Shown here: positions 38,655 through 47,122 of the stretch, piece by piece
Numbering within the stretch: the first letter of the stretch is position 1
Layout: every line of letters begins with the position of its first letter
Source of the DNA: an uncultured Actinomycetes bacterium
Lineage (GTDB): Bacteria > Actinomycetota > UBA4738 > HRBIN12
Assembly: GCA_963799625.1 (NCBI GenBank)
Contig: CAWCXU010000001.1
Span: forward strand, 143,920-207,919
Length of the DNA: 64,000 nucleotides
Reading direction: 5' to 3'
The notes under the pieces: model-generated
The model's database searches: none
Seen by the model: the letters and a program-made list of their open reading frames with translations, nothing else
What the model was told of the DNA's origin: nothing
Program-made: the position numbers and the translations under genes

Positions 38655-39353
38655 CTATCCGGGTGGTGCCGTGCTGCCGGGCGCCGGTGTGGCGCCCGAA
38701 GATGGAGATGGTGTGGCCGTTGCGCGGACCGCGAGGCCGAGCGTGCCCGCGGCCGCGGCCTGGAGCAACTGCCGGGCCGTCTCCGGGGCGACCTCGAGGG
38801 TCACCGGCACGGTCGCGGATCCGCCCGCCGATCGATCCGCCGCACCGATCGAGATGATCCGGAGGTCCTCGCCGACCACCGTCGTGTACGGCCGGGCGCC
38901 CGCGAAGGTCGCGTACGCATCGACCCGGTCGGCGGTCGTCACACCGTCGGGGACCGAGCCGAACCCCACCGTCACCGCGACGTCGCCCGGCGCCACCGAG
39001 ACGGCCAACCTGCTCGTCCCGAGCCTCGCGTCGATGAGCACCTCACCGCCGAGGATCGCCGACGCGCTCACTTTGCCGATCGCCGCGGCGGTCGAGGTGA
39101 CGGCGTGCGGCGGCAGGTAGACGACGGGGATCTGCGCGAGACGGATGTCCGCGGGGCCGATCACCTCCCCGGCGAGCAAATCGTGCGCCGCAACGACGAC
39201 GGTCGCCGCGGGGCCGGCCGCGCCCTGTGCGCGCGCGGCGCGCGCGACCTCGCCGCGGACCGTCAGGAAGGAAGCCAGCGCCAACGCCGCGGCCACCCCG
39301 AACAGCACCTTGGACGACATCGGCAGGGTGCGTCGGAACCGAGGCGGGCGCAT
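38655..39353 (-). CDS. SAF-domain membrane-anchored protein (CpaB/RcpC-like)
   Basis: N-terminal TM plus SAF-like beta-rich region; no other pilus genes nearby. Confidence 0.5.
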   Translation of the reverse strand: MRPPRFRRTLPMSSKVLFGVAAALALASFLTVRGEVARAARAQGAAGPAATVVVAAHDLLAGEVIGPADIRLAQIPVVYLPPHAVTSTAAAIGKVSASAILGGEVLIDARLGTSRLAVSVAPGDVAVTVGFGSVPDGVTTADRVDAYATFAGARPYTTVVGEDLRIISIGAADRSAGGSATVPVTLEVAPETARQLLQAAAAGTLGLAVRATATPSPSSGATPAPGSTAPPG

Positions 39354-39402
39354 GTGAGGACGCTACGGGTCGCGCTCGGCGCCGGCCGTGCGCGAGGTCA
39401 CA

Positions 39403-39582
39403 TCAGTCAACCGGTCGGAGGTGGTCCTTCCGCTTCTCGAGCGGCATCGTCCGCACGCGGAACTCCTCGAGCTCCTCGCGTCCGACGATCGACCGCACGG
39501 CCTCCTGGACGCGGTCGCCCAGCTGCTCGGTGTCCTCCTCGGTGACGAACGCGAGCTCGATCCGGACGAGCTGGCGCGCCAT
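39403..39582 (-). CDS. small acidic protein (59 aa), translationally coupled to MTAP
   Basis: ATG overlaps the MTAP stop (ATGA); not in the ORF table because it is <60 aa; MARQLVRIELAFVTEEDTEQLGDRVQEAVRSIVGREELEEFRVRTMPLEKRKDHLRPVD. Confidence 0.45.
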   Translation of the reverse strand: MARQLVRIELAFVTEEDTEQLGDRVQEAVRSIVGREELEEFRVRTMPLEKRKDHLRPVD

Positions 39583-40367
39583 CAGCTGCTCCCGGCGAGC
39601 GACCGCCCGCAGGTGCAGCCGCGCTCGGCCGGCACCTCCGGGATCGCCGCGAACAACAGATCGCGGAGCGCTTCGATGTTCTCGCCGAACACCTTGAGCA
39701 CCTCGTGGTGCGAGACCGGCGCGATGTCGTCGACGCCCACGTCGTAGTCGGTGACGAGCGCCACGTTGGCGAAGCAGAGCTCGGCCTCGCGTGCGAGCGT
39801 CACCTCGGGGAACTGCGTCATCCCGATCACGTCGCCGCCCACCTGCGCGAACATCTTCGACTCGGCGCGGGTGGAGAACCGCGGTCCCTCGATCACGACC
39901 ATCGTCCCGCCGTCGCGGTGCGCGATCCCGATCCCCGCCGCCGTCGAGACGAGCGCGTCGCGCATCTCGGGACAGTACGGATCGGCGAACGATACATGCG
40001 TGGTGACCGGCCCGTCGAAGAACGTGTACGCGCGCGACTTCGTGAAGTCGATCGCTTGATCCGACACGACGAACGTCTTGGGCGCGATGTCACGCCGAAG
40101 CGACCCCGCGGCGCTCGGGCCGAACAGGCGGGTGACCCCCAGGTCCTTCATCGCCCAGACGTTGGCCCGGTACGGGACGAGGTGCGGCGGGAACTCGTGG
40201 TCCTTGCCATGCCGCGGCAGGAACGCCACCCGGCGCTCGCCGATCGTCCCGATCGTGATCGGAGCGCTCGGCGGCCCGTACGGCGTCTCCATCGTCACCT
40301 CTTCGGGGTCCTCGAGGAAGGCATAGAAGCCTGACCCCCCGAACACCCCGATCTCGGCGCTGGTCAC
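39582..40367 (-). CDS. mtnP: S-methyl-5'-thioadenosine phosphorylase
   Basis: PNP family-2 motifs (IGVFGGSGFY, HGKDHEFPPHLVPYRANVWA); AGGAGG RBS 7 nt upstream of GTG. Confidence 0.85.
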   Translation of the reverse strand: MTSAEIGVFGGSGFYAFLEDPEEVTMETPYGPPSAPITIGTIGERRVAFLPRHGKDHEFPPHLVPYRANVWAMKDLGVTRLFGPSAAGSLRRDIAPKTFVVSDQAIDFTKSRAYTFFDGPVTTHVSFADPYCPEMRDALVSTAAGIGIAHRDGGTMVVIEGPRFSTRAESKMFAQVGGDVIGMTQFPEVTLAREAELCFANVALVTDYDVGVDDIAPVSHHEVLKVFGENIEALRDLLFAAIPEVPAERGCTCGRSLAGSS

Positions 40368-40786
40368 GAAGACCCCTCCTTCTTCGTCGTGGTGGACTGG
40401 CTCGACGGGTTGCTCGAGGGCTCCTTCTTGGAGCCGGTGTCCTTCGAGCCCCCGCCCTCCCGCGAGCCCCCGCCCTCCCGCGAGCCCCCGCCCTCCCGCG
40501 AGCCCTCTCCGCCCTTCGAGCCCTCCCCGCCGCCCTTCGACCCCTCCCGTTCCCTCGAGGTCCCCGCGTCCCCGTCCCTCTTCTTCTCGCCGGTGGACGG
40601 CTTCGCCTTCTTGCCGTGGTCGGTCGCGTAGAACCCCGACCCTTTGAACGAGATGGCGGGCGGCGCGAAGACCTTCCGCAGTTCGCCGCCACACTTCGGG
40701 CAGTGCGTGAGCGTGTCGTCGCTCATCTTCTGGACGATGTCGAACGAATGCCCGCAATCGCGGCATCGGTACTCGTAGGTGGGCAT
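40364..40786 (-). CDS. FmdB-family zinc-ribbon protein with repetitive Gly/Glu/Ser/Arg-rich tail
   Basis: MPTYEYRCRDCGHSFD ... CPKCGGEL, then (EGGGSR)n tail. Confidence 0.75.
   Translation of the reverse strand: MPTYEYRCRDCGHSFDIVQKMSDDTLTHCPKCGGELRKVFAPPAISFKGSGFYATDHGKKAKPSTGEKKRDGDAGTSREREGSKGGGEGSKGGEGSREGGGSREGGGSREGGGSKDTGSKKEPSSNPSSQSTTTKKEGSS
40446..40550. repeat. tandem 18-bp repeat (GAGCCCCCGCCCTCCCGC x3 plus degenerate copies) within the FmdB-like CDS
   Basis: three perfect consecutive 18-mers at 40446-40499 followed by diverged copies. Confidence 0.8.
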
Positions 40787-40830
40787 GGCCGGGCAAGTGT
40801 ACGGCGGCCCCACGGCTAGACTCGGCCGCC

Positions 40831-41697
40831 ATGACGATCCGCACCGCGGTGATCCCGGCGGCGGGCCTCGGGACGCGCTTCTTGCCTGCGACGAAGGCAC
40901 AACCGAAGGGTTTGTTGCCGATCGTCGACACGCCGGCTATCCAGCTCGTGGTGGAGGAAGCCCTCGCCGCCGGCCTCGTGGACGTGATCCTCGTGCTCGG
41001 CCCGGACCAAGACGCCCTGCGCGCGCATTTCGCCGCGGACCCGGCGCTCGAAGCGGAGCTCGAGGCGCGCGGCAAGACCGACGCACTCGAACGGGTGCGG
41101 CGCGCGACCCGTCCCGAGGTGCGGTTCGTCGTGCAGGAGGAGGCCCTGGGCCTCGGGCACGCCGTCGGGGTGGCCGCGCCGCTGGTCGGCGACGCGCCGT
41201 TCGCGGTCCTGCTCGGCGACGACCTGATCGATCCGGCGGTCCCGCTGCTGTCGACGATGCTCAAGGAGTCTGAGCGGACGGGCGCGTCGGTGCTCGCCGC
41301 GATGCACGTCGGCGCGCGCGAGATCGCGATGTACGGTTGCATCGAGCCGGGCGCCACGGAGGGCGACCTCGTGCGCGTCGCCTCGATCGTCGAGAAGCCG
41401 GACCCTGCCGAGGCGCCGTCGGATCTCGCGGTGATCGGGCGCTACGTGTTCACGCCGGGGATCGTCCCCGCGCTCGCCGCGACCGCGCCTGGCAGGGGCG
41501 GCGAGATCCAGCTCACCGACGCGATCGCGTCGCTCGCCCGCACCGAGCCGGTCTACGCGTATCCGTTCGATCGTGGCCGGTTCGACGCGGGCAACCCGCT
41601 CGACGCGCTGGAGGCGCAGGTCGCGTTCGCGCTGGCGCGCGACGATCTCGGGCCGGCGCTGCGCGAGCGGCTGACCACGCTGCTCGGCAAGGACTGA
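40831..41697 (+). CDS. galU: UTP--glucose-1-phosphate uridylyltransferase
   Basis: AAGLGTRFLPATK motif plus GalU fold. Confidence 0.9.
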   Translation: MTIRTAVIPAAGLGTRFLPATKAQPKGLLPIVDTPAIQLVVEEALAAGLVDVILVLGPDQDALRAHFAADPALEAELEARGKTDALERVRRATRPEVRFVVQEEALGLGHAVGVAAPLVGDAPFAVLLGDDLIDPAVPLLSTMLKESERTGASVLAAMHVGAREIAMYGCIEPGATEGDLVRVASIVEKPDPAEAPSDLAVIGRYVFTPGIVPALAATAPGRGGEIQLTDAIASLARTEPVYAYPFDRGRFDAGNPLDALEAQVAFALARDDLGPALRERLTTLLGKD

Positions 41698-41700
41698 GCG

Positions 41701-42570
41701 GTGCGTCGGCGTCCGTGGCGGGGCTGGGACGACCTCGCCCCGATGCAGGATCTGCTCGCCCGCTCGCTCCGCGACGCACCGGGGACGGCGTTCCTGCATC
41801 CCGGCGATCTCGCGTGGTGGGTCGGCTGGCCTCCGCAGACGCCCGACGAGCTCGCGGCCAGGGTGACCGTCGTCGAGGACGGCGGCGCGATCGTCGGCTG
41901 GCACTACCTGGACCGCGAGGACGTGAACGAGTGTGTCGACCCGGCGGCGCCTGATCCCGGGGCGGTCTGGCGCGAGCTCGACGCCGCGCTCGAGGCGCAC
42001 CCGGCCCACGCGCGATCGGTCCGCGAGGACGACGCGACGGGCGTGGCGCGGCTGCGCTCGGCCGGCTTCACACCGATGCGGGAGGGCATGATCGGCTTCT
42101 CGATCGACCTGCGTGCGCTCGTGCCGCTCGATCCCGACGACCGCGTCCGTCCCGTCGTGCTCGGTGACGATCTCCGCCCCCGCGCGTCGGTCACGCGCGC
42201 CGCCTTCCGCGTCGACAAGCCGTTCGATCGCTACGTCAGCGAGTACGAGGCGTTCACCCGATCGCCCGCCTACCCCGAGGGTTGGGACCTGGTGGCGTGG
42301 GCGGAGCCGGGGGTCGCGGCCGCATGCACGATCGCCTGGCCGGATCAGGTCAGCCGCGTCGGCAACTTCGAGCCGGTCGCGGCCCACCCCGATCTTCAGC
42401 GGCGGGGCTTCGCCTCGGCCGTCGTTCGCGACGGGCTGCGTCGGCTGCGGGACGCGGGCATGGAGCGCGCGGTTGTGTACACCGTGATCGACAACCCCGG
42501 GGCGATCGCCCTGTACCGATCGCTCGGGTTCCGCGACGACCACATCCAGCGCTGGTTCGCTCGGTCCTGA
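41701..42570 (+). CDS. GNAT family acetyltransferase (two-lobed)
   Basis: C-terminal GNAT motif (QRRGFASAVV); GTG start right after galU stop. Confidence 0.6.
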   Translation: MRRRPWRGWDDLAPMQDLLARSLRDAPGTAFLHPGDLAWWVGWPPQTPDELAARVTVVEDGGAIVGWHYLDREDVNECVDPAAPDPGAVWRELDAALEAHPAHARSVREDDATGVARLRSAGFTPMREGMIGFSIDLRALVPLDPDDRVRPVVLGDDLRPRASVTRAAFRVDKPFDRYVSEYEAFTRSPAYPEGWDLVAWAEPGVAAACTIAWPDQVSRVGNFEPVAAHPDLQRRGFASAVVRDGLRRLRDAGMERAVVYTVIDNPGAIALYRSLGFRDDHIQRWFARS

Positions 42571-42595
42571 CCCGACCTGCCGATACACTGCTCGC

Positions 42596-43858
42596 ATGGC
42601 TGCGCGTGCAGTACACGACCACGATTCCGCTGAGGGACTGGTCCCCCTCGAGACGGCCCGCGAGACAGTCCTGTCACAGATCCACCCGCTGCCACCGATC
42701 GAGCTGCCGCTCACCGACGCCTACGGATGCGTCGCGGCGACCGATATCAAGGCCGCCGTCGACCTCCCCGAGTTCGCTTCGAGCGGGATGGACGGCTACG
42801 CGGTCCGCGCCGCAGACGTGGCGAGCGCGACCCCCGGGTCGCCCGCGGAACTGACGGTCGTCGGTCGCGCGATGATCGGGCACCGCCCGGAGGCGACCGT
42901 CGGCATGGGCGAGGCGGTGCAGATCGCCACCGGCGCGCCGATCCCGAGCGGCGCCGACGCGGTCGTCCCGATCGAGAACACCGAGCTCCCCGACGACGAT
43001 CTCGTCCGTTTGTTCGAGGCCGTCGACGAGGGGCGGCACGTCCGGCCGAAGGGCGAGGACGTCCAGGAGGGCACCGTGCTGGTGCCGGCGGGCAAGCGCC
43101 TCGGCGCCCCGGAGCTCGGGCTGCTCGCGAACGCCGGGGTGCCGCACCCACTCGTGCATCCGCGACCCCGCGTGATCGTGCTCTCGACCGGCGACGAGCT
43201 GGTTGCCCCGACCGAGGCGCCGACGTTCGGTCAGGTGCACGACGCGAACGCCTACACCTTGTTCGGGGCGCTCCGCGAGGTGGGCGCGATCCCCGTGCTC
43301 GCCGGGATCGTGCGCGACGACCCGGAAGCGTTGAAGGAAGCGGTGTTCAGCTACGAGATCCAGGCCGACGCGTTCGTGTCCTCCGGCGGTGTCAGCGTCG
43401 GCGAGCGCGACGTCGTGAAGGCGGCGTTCTTCAAGCACGGCGACATCGCGTTCTCGAAGGTCGCGATGCAGCCGGGCATGCCCCAGGGGTTCGGGTTCAT
43501 CGAAGGGAAGCCGTTCTTCGGGCTCCCGGGCAACCCGGTGAGCGTGTTCGTCAGCTTCGAGATGTTCGTGCGGCCCGCGATGCTGAAGATGATGGGCCGG
43601 GGGCAGCTCGGCCGCCCCGAGGTGTCCGCCGTCCTGACCCACGACGTCACCGGCCCGCGGGATAAGACGGTATTCGTCCGGGTCGAGCTGGTGCGCGGGG
43701 CCGACGGCTGGCGGGCGACGCCGACCGGCGGGCGTGGCTCGAACCTCATCTCGACTGTGGCACGTGCGAACGGACTCGCCGTGCTTCCGCCGGGGATGGG
43801 CACCGCGTCGGCGGGCGAGCGCGTCTCGGTCCTGCTGTTCCGCGCGACGGAGGACTGA
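42596..43858 (+). CDS. moeA: molybdopterin molybdotransferase
   Basis: gephyrin-like MoeA domains (SGMDGYAV, STGDEL, GGVSVGERD, GLPGNPVS). Confidence 0.85.
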   Translation: MAARAVHDHDSAEGLVPLETARETVLSQIHPLPPIELPLTDAYGCVAATDIKAAVDLPEFASSGMDGYAVRAADVASATPGSPAELTVVGRAMIGHRPEATVGMGEAVQIATGAPIPSGADAVVPIENTELPDDDLVRLFEAVDEGRHVRPKGEDVQEGTVLVPAGKRLGAPELGLLANAGVPHPLVHPRPRVIVLSTGDELVAPTEAPTFGQVHDANAYTLFGALREVGAIPVLAGIVRDDPEALKEAVFSYEIQADAFVSSGGVSVGERDVVKAAFFKHGDIAFSKVAMQPGMPQGFGFIEGKPFFGLPGNPVSVFVSFEMFVRPAMLKMMGRGQLGRPEVSAVLTHDVTGPRDKTVFVRVELVRGADGWRATPTGGRGSNLISTVARANGLAVLPPGMGTASAGERVSVLLFRATED

Positions 43859-43859
43859 C

Positions 43860-44333
43860 GTGGCCTCGTCGCAGGCGGGCGCCGACGGCGTCACCCGCAT
43901 CGTGGAGGTCGGCGCGAAGCCCGAGACGGCGCGCGAAGCGACGGCCGAGGGCTGGCTCGAAACCACCGTCGAGGCCGTCGGCGCGCTCGTCGCCGGGACG
44001 AAGAAGGGCTCGCCGATCGAGACCGCGAAGATCGCGGCGATCGGAGGGGTCAAGCGGACGCCCGATCTGCTGCCGCACTGCCACCCGATCAGGGTGACCG
44101 GCGTAGACGTGACGGTCGATCCAGCGGAGGCCGGGCGGATCCGCATCGTGGTGACCGTTCGGGCGATCGATCGCACCGGCGTCGAGATGGAGGCGCTCAC
44201 CGGCGTCGCGGCTGCCGCCCTCTCTCTGTACGACACCGCGAAAGCCTTCGACCGGCGCGCGCGGATCGAGGGGATCCGCCTGCTTGCGAAGTCCGGCGGC
44301 AAGAGCGGCGACTTCCTCGCCGACCGGACGTAA
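43860..44333 (+). CDS. moaC: cyclic pyranopterin monophosphate synthase accessory protein
   Basis: MoaC motifs (AKIAAIGGVKRTPDLLPHCHPI); GTG 5 nt after GGAGGA. Confidence 0.85.
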   Translation: MASSQAGADGVTRIVEVGAKPETAREATAEGWLETTVEAVGALVAGTKKGSPIETAKIAAIGGVKRTPDLLPHCHPIRVTGVDVTVDPAEAGRIRIVVTVRAIDRTGVEMEALTGVAAAALSLYDTAKAFDRRARIEGIRLLAKSGGKSGDFLADRT

Positions 44334-44402
44334 CCGGCGTCGCCCGAACCTTTCCACAGGACTTCCACACCGTGGGGAAAATCACAACGATGTGCTTCTC
44401 GG

Positions 44403-44418
44403 GCACCACATGTGGTGC
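44403..44418. promoter_or_regulatory. perfect 16-bp palindrome GCACCACATGTGGTGC in a relatively AT-rich intergenic region (candidate operator)
   Basis: self-complementary 16-mer, 66 nt upstream of ATG 44484. Confidence 0.4.
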
Positions 44419-44483
44419 TACGGTCCCGAGCCAGCCTAGATGTTGTGTCGCGTCCGGGGATCGGCAGATCGGGAGGCTGGCCC

Positions 44484-44975
44484 ATGCAGTGGCTACTGCT
44501 CGGGGTCTTGGGCATCATATGGGTGGCGTTCCTGATACCGGTCGGACGGAGGCGGTCCGACTCCCGGAGCGTCGAAGACTTCGAACGCAGGATGGAGCTC
44601 TTGGCGAACGCAGAGGTGCACGGCACGACCGGCCGTTGGATCGTCACCCCCCGCAAAGGTGTTCGCTTCCTCGGGCCGCGTGAGCGGCAGCAGGCACGGG
44701 CGCGCGCGCGACGCCGTCGCGTGTTCGTCTTCCTGATCGAGGCGATCGGTCTGACCCTTCTGATCGGGGCGGTGCCGCCGCTGCGTGTCGCGTGGATCGT
44801 CTCGGCCGCACTCGGCGGGCTCCTGCTCTTGTACGTGTGGGCGTTGCTCGTGATCAAGGCGCGCGCGGCCGCGGCGCCACCGCGCGTGATCCCTGCGCCC
44901 CAACGCATCGTCGAGCCGCGGCCGGTGATCGAGTCCGACCAGCACGTCGCCGTGTTCGCGTCGGCCTCGTCCTGA
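44484..44975 (+). CDS. membrane protein (hypothetical)
   Basis: N-terminal TM (MQWLLLGVLGIIWVAFLIPV), basic loop, two further TM segments; GGGAGG RBS. Confidence 0.5.
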   Translation: MQWLLLGVLGIIWVAFLIPVGRRRSDSRSVEDFERRMELLANAEVHGTTGRWIVTPRKGVRFLGPRERQQARARARRRRVFVFLIEAIGLTLLIGAVPPLRVAWIVSAALGGLLLLYVWALLVIKARAAAAPPRVIPAPQRIVEPRPVIESDQHVAVFASASS

Positions 44976-45013
44976 CAGGCTCGCGCGAACCCCTCTGCTA
45001 CGCTGCCGATCCC

Positions 45014-45087
45014 GGGGGTGTAGCTCAGTCCGGTAGAGCACTGCGTTCGCAACGCAGGGGTCAGGGGTTCAAGTCCCCTCACCTCCA
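45014..45087 (+). tRNA. tRNA-Ala (anticodon CGC)
   Basis: cloverleaf: acceptor GGGGGTG/CACCTCC (one G-U pair), D-arm GCTC/GAGC, anticodon stem CTGCG/CGCAG with loop TTCGCAA, T-arm AGGGG-TTCAAGT-CCCCT; discriminator A then CC. Confidence 0.9.
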
Positions 45088-45120
45088 CCGATCACCGCAC
45101 CGACAGCGAGGGATCGTCGC

Positions 45121-45537
45121 GTGGATCAGCGTGTGAGCGTCATCACCCTCGGCGTCGCCGACCTCGATCGGTCACGCCGCTTCTACGAGGCGCTCGGGTG
45201 GACGAGTCCCTCGGTACCCGCAGACGGGGTCGTGTTCTTCCAGACGCCCGGCATGGTCCTCGCGTTGTGGGGCCGCGGCGAGCTCGCCGACGACTCCGCC
45301 GTCGTGGACGCCGGCGGATGGGGTGGGGTCACGCTTGCGCACAACGTCGCCTCGCCCGAGGTCGTCGATGCCGTCCTCGAGGAGGCTCGGGCCGCCGGCG
45401 CCGAGATCGGGCGTCCGGGAGCGCCCACGTTCTGGGGTGGGTACTCGGGGGTGTTCCTCGATCCCGACGGCCACCCGTGGGAGGTTGCCCACAACCCGTT
45501 CTGGACCCTTGGGCCGGATGGGGGCGTCACGATCTAG
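45121..45537 (+). CDS. VOC (glyoxalase/bleomycin-resistance) family protein
   Basis: paired beta-alpha-beta-beta-beta modules with metal-ligating H/E positions. Confidence 0.7.
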   Translation: MDQRVSVITLGVADLDRSRRFYEALGWTSPSVPADGVVFFQTPGMVLALWGRGELADDSAVVDAGGWGGVTLAHNVASPEVVDAVLEEARAAGAEIGRPGAPTFWGGYSGVFLDPDGHPWEVAHNPFWTLGPDGGVTI

Positions 45538-45624
45538 AGCGCGGGCTACGCCCGGCGGTCGTTGCATCGACCGCTTGCGCAGGGGAGCATCGATCCCGCT
45601 CTCGTCCACGGAAGGGGCTCGGAC

Positions 45625-46095
45625 ATGGGGAACGGCAAGATCAGCTACGCCGGGATCGGCGCGGCGGTAGCCGGAGTGATCGGCATCCTCGGCATCTACT
45701 CCACCTGGTGGGAATCAGACTTCTTCAACTTCAACGGCACGGCCGACATCTCGGGCCAGCTCGCCCTCGGGATGGCGGTCGGGTTGTTCGCGATGGGCGC
45801 CGCCTACGTGGTGATCTCCGACCCACAGATCCGACGCGTTACCGGCGCGCTCGCCACGCTGTTCGCCGTCGTGCTGACGCTGTCGTGCGTCTGGGGGCTG
45901 CTGCGTACGGACAACGTCGCGCCGACCGCCAACGTGTCGATGGGCCTGTTCGTCTCCGGGCTCGGCGGCGTGCTGGGGATCGCGGCGGGGTTCCTCGTGA
46001 TGCGCGACAGCGCGCAGAGCGAAGCCGAAGAAGTCGCGCCGATGGCATCCGACATGTCCGACGTCCCGCCGGCGACGGGGGCCGAGAGCACCTGA
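45625..46095 (+). CDS. small 4-TM membrane protein (hypothetical)
   Basis: GAAGGGG RBS; four hydrophobic helices and an acidic C-terminal tail. Confidence 0.5.
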   Translation: MGNGKISYAGIGAAVAGVIGILGIYSTWWESDFFNFNGTADISGQLALGMAVGLFAMGAAYVVISDPQIRRVTGALATLFAVVLTLSCVWGLLRTDNVAPTANVSMGLFVSGLGGVLGIAAGFLVMRDSAQSEAEEVAPMASDMSDVPPATGAEST

Positions 46096-46175
46096 GCGCG
46101 AACCTTCCCGTCGGCCATCCCTGGTTCAGCGCCGAGGACGCCGGCGGCGGGGTAACCCGCCTGTGGGAGCCGTAC

Positions 46176-46862
46176 GTGGACGAGATGCTGACGTCCAACG
46201 TGTGGCACGTGCCGGGGGCGGACGTCGATCTGATCGTCGACACCGCCAATGGCATCGGACCCCTGCTGCCGCACGTCGACCCGTTGACCGGCGGCAAGCC
46301 CGTGATCGCGTTCGCGACGCACTGCCACTTCGATCACGTCGGCGGCCTCCACGAGTTCGCAGACCGGCGCGTGCATCGGGACGACGCCGACGAGACCCGC
46401 GCACCGTGGGGCATGCGCCTGCGCCGCGAGGAGTTCCCCGAGGGCACCGAGGAGATGTACGCGTACTACGAGGTGCCGATGCCTGACGTGGCGGTGCGCG
46501 CCGTGCCGTCGGCCGGCTTCGACGTCGCCGGGTGGGTCACGCCGGGCGCCGAGCCGACGATGCTGCTCGCGGAGGGCGATCGGATCGACCTCGGGACCCG
46601 GACGTTCACCGTGCTCCACACGCCAGGACACACGCCGGGCTCCGCGTGCCTGTTCGACGAGCGCGACGGCACGTTGTTCTCCGGTGACGCGTGTTACGTC
46701 GATGCCGCGATGGACTGGGATGACGACGCGGTGATGGAAGCGTCGCTGCTGCGTCTGGCCGACCTCGCACCACGGATCGTCCACGCCGGGCATGAACGAT
46801 CCTTCGACGGGGCGGAGCTCAGGGCGACGGTCGACGCATGGGTTGCGCGGCTCGGCGCCTGA
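46176..46862 (+). CDS. MBL-fold metallo-hydrolase (N-terminus uncertain)
   Basis: HCHFDHVGG (HxHxDH) plus downstream His/Asp ligands. The conserved N-terminal beta-strand (VTRLWEPY...) lies upstream of the first canonical start, GTG 46176. Confidence 0.7.
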   Translation: MDEMLTSNVWHVPGADVDLIVDTANGIGPLLPHVDPLTGGKPVIAFATHCHFDHVGGLHEFADRRVHRDDADETRAPWGMRLRREEFPEGTEEMYAYYEVPMPDVAVRAVPSAGFDVAGWVTPGAEPTMLLAEGDRIDLGTRTFTVLHTPGHTPGSACLFDERDGTLFSGDACYVDAAMDWDDDAVMEASLLRLADLAPRIVHAGHERSFDGAELRATVDAWVARLGA

Positions 46863-47122
46863 CGGCGCCGAGCCGCGCGCCCGCATCGGGGAGGCTTCGC
46901 TTCGGGAGCCTCAAGACCCATCCCCGGTCATCCGCCTGAAGCGGTGGGACCGAAGCGATCTCCGGCCGTTGCGGGCTGGAGACACCCTTTCGGGTGGTGG
47001 CAGTCTCGGGCTGGAGAGGAGAGCCGCGACTACCACGTTTCAGGTATCGGCCGCGGGGCCGCGAACCTTCAGTCAGGTTTGAGGATCCACCGGGCGCGGA
47101 CGCCGTCAGTATCCTGCGCCGC

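Noticed and set aside
38655-39353. Flp/Tad pilus locus based on the SAF (CpaB-like) protein
   Set aside because: No CpaA/CpaC/CpaE/CpaF/TadBC genes nearby; the SAF domain alone is not diagnostic
40446-40550. CRISPR-like array
   Set aside because: Repeats are contiguous 18-mers without spacers and lie inside a coding sequence (low-complexity protein tail)
45014-45087. tRNA-Ala as an integration hotspot / genomic island boundary
   Set aside because: No integrase, recombinase, direct repeat of the tRNA 3' end, or compositional shift nearby; flanking genes are ordinary metabolic genes
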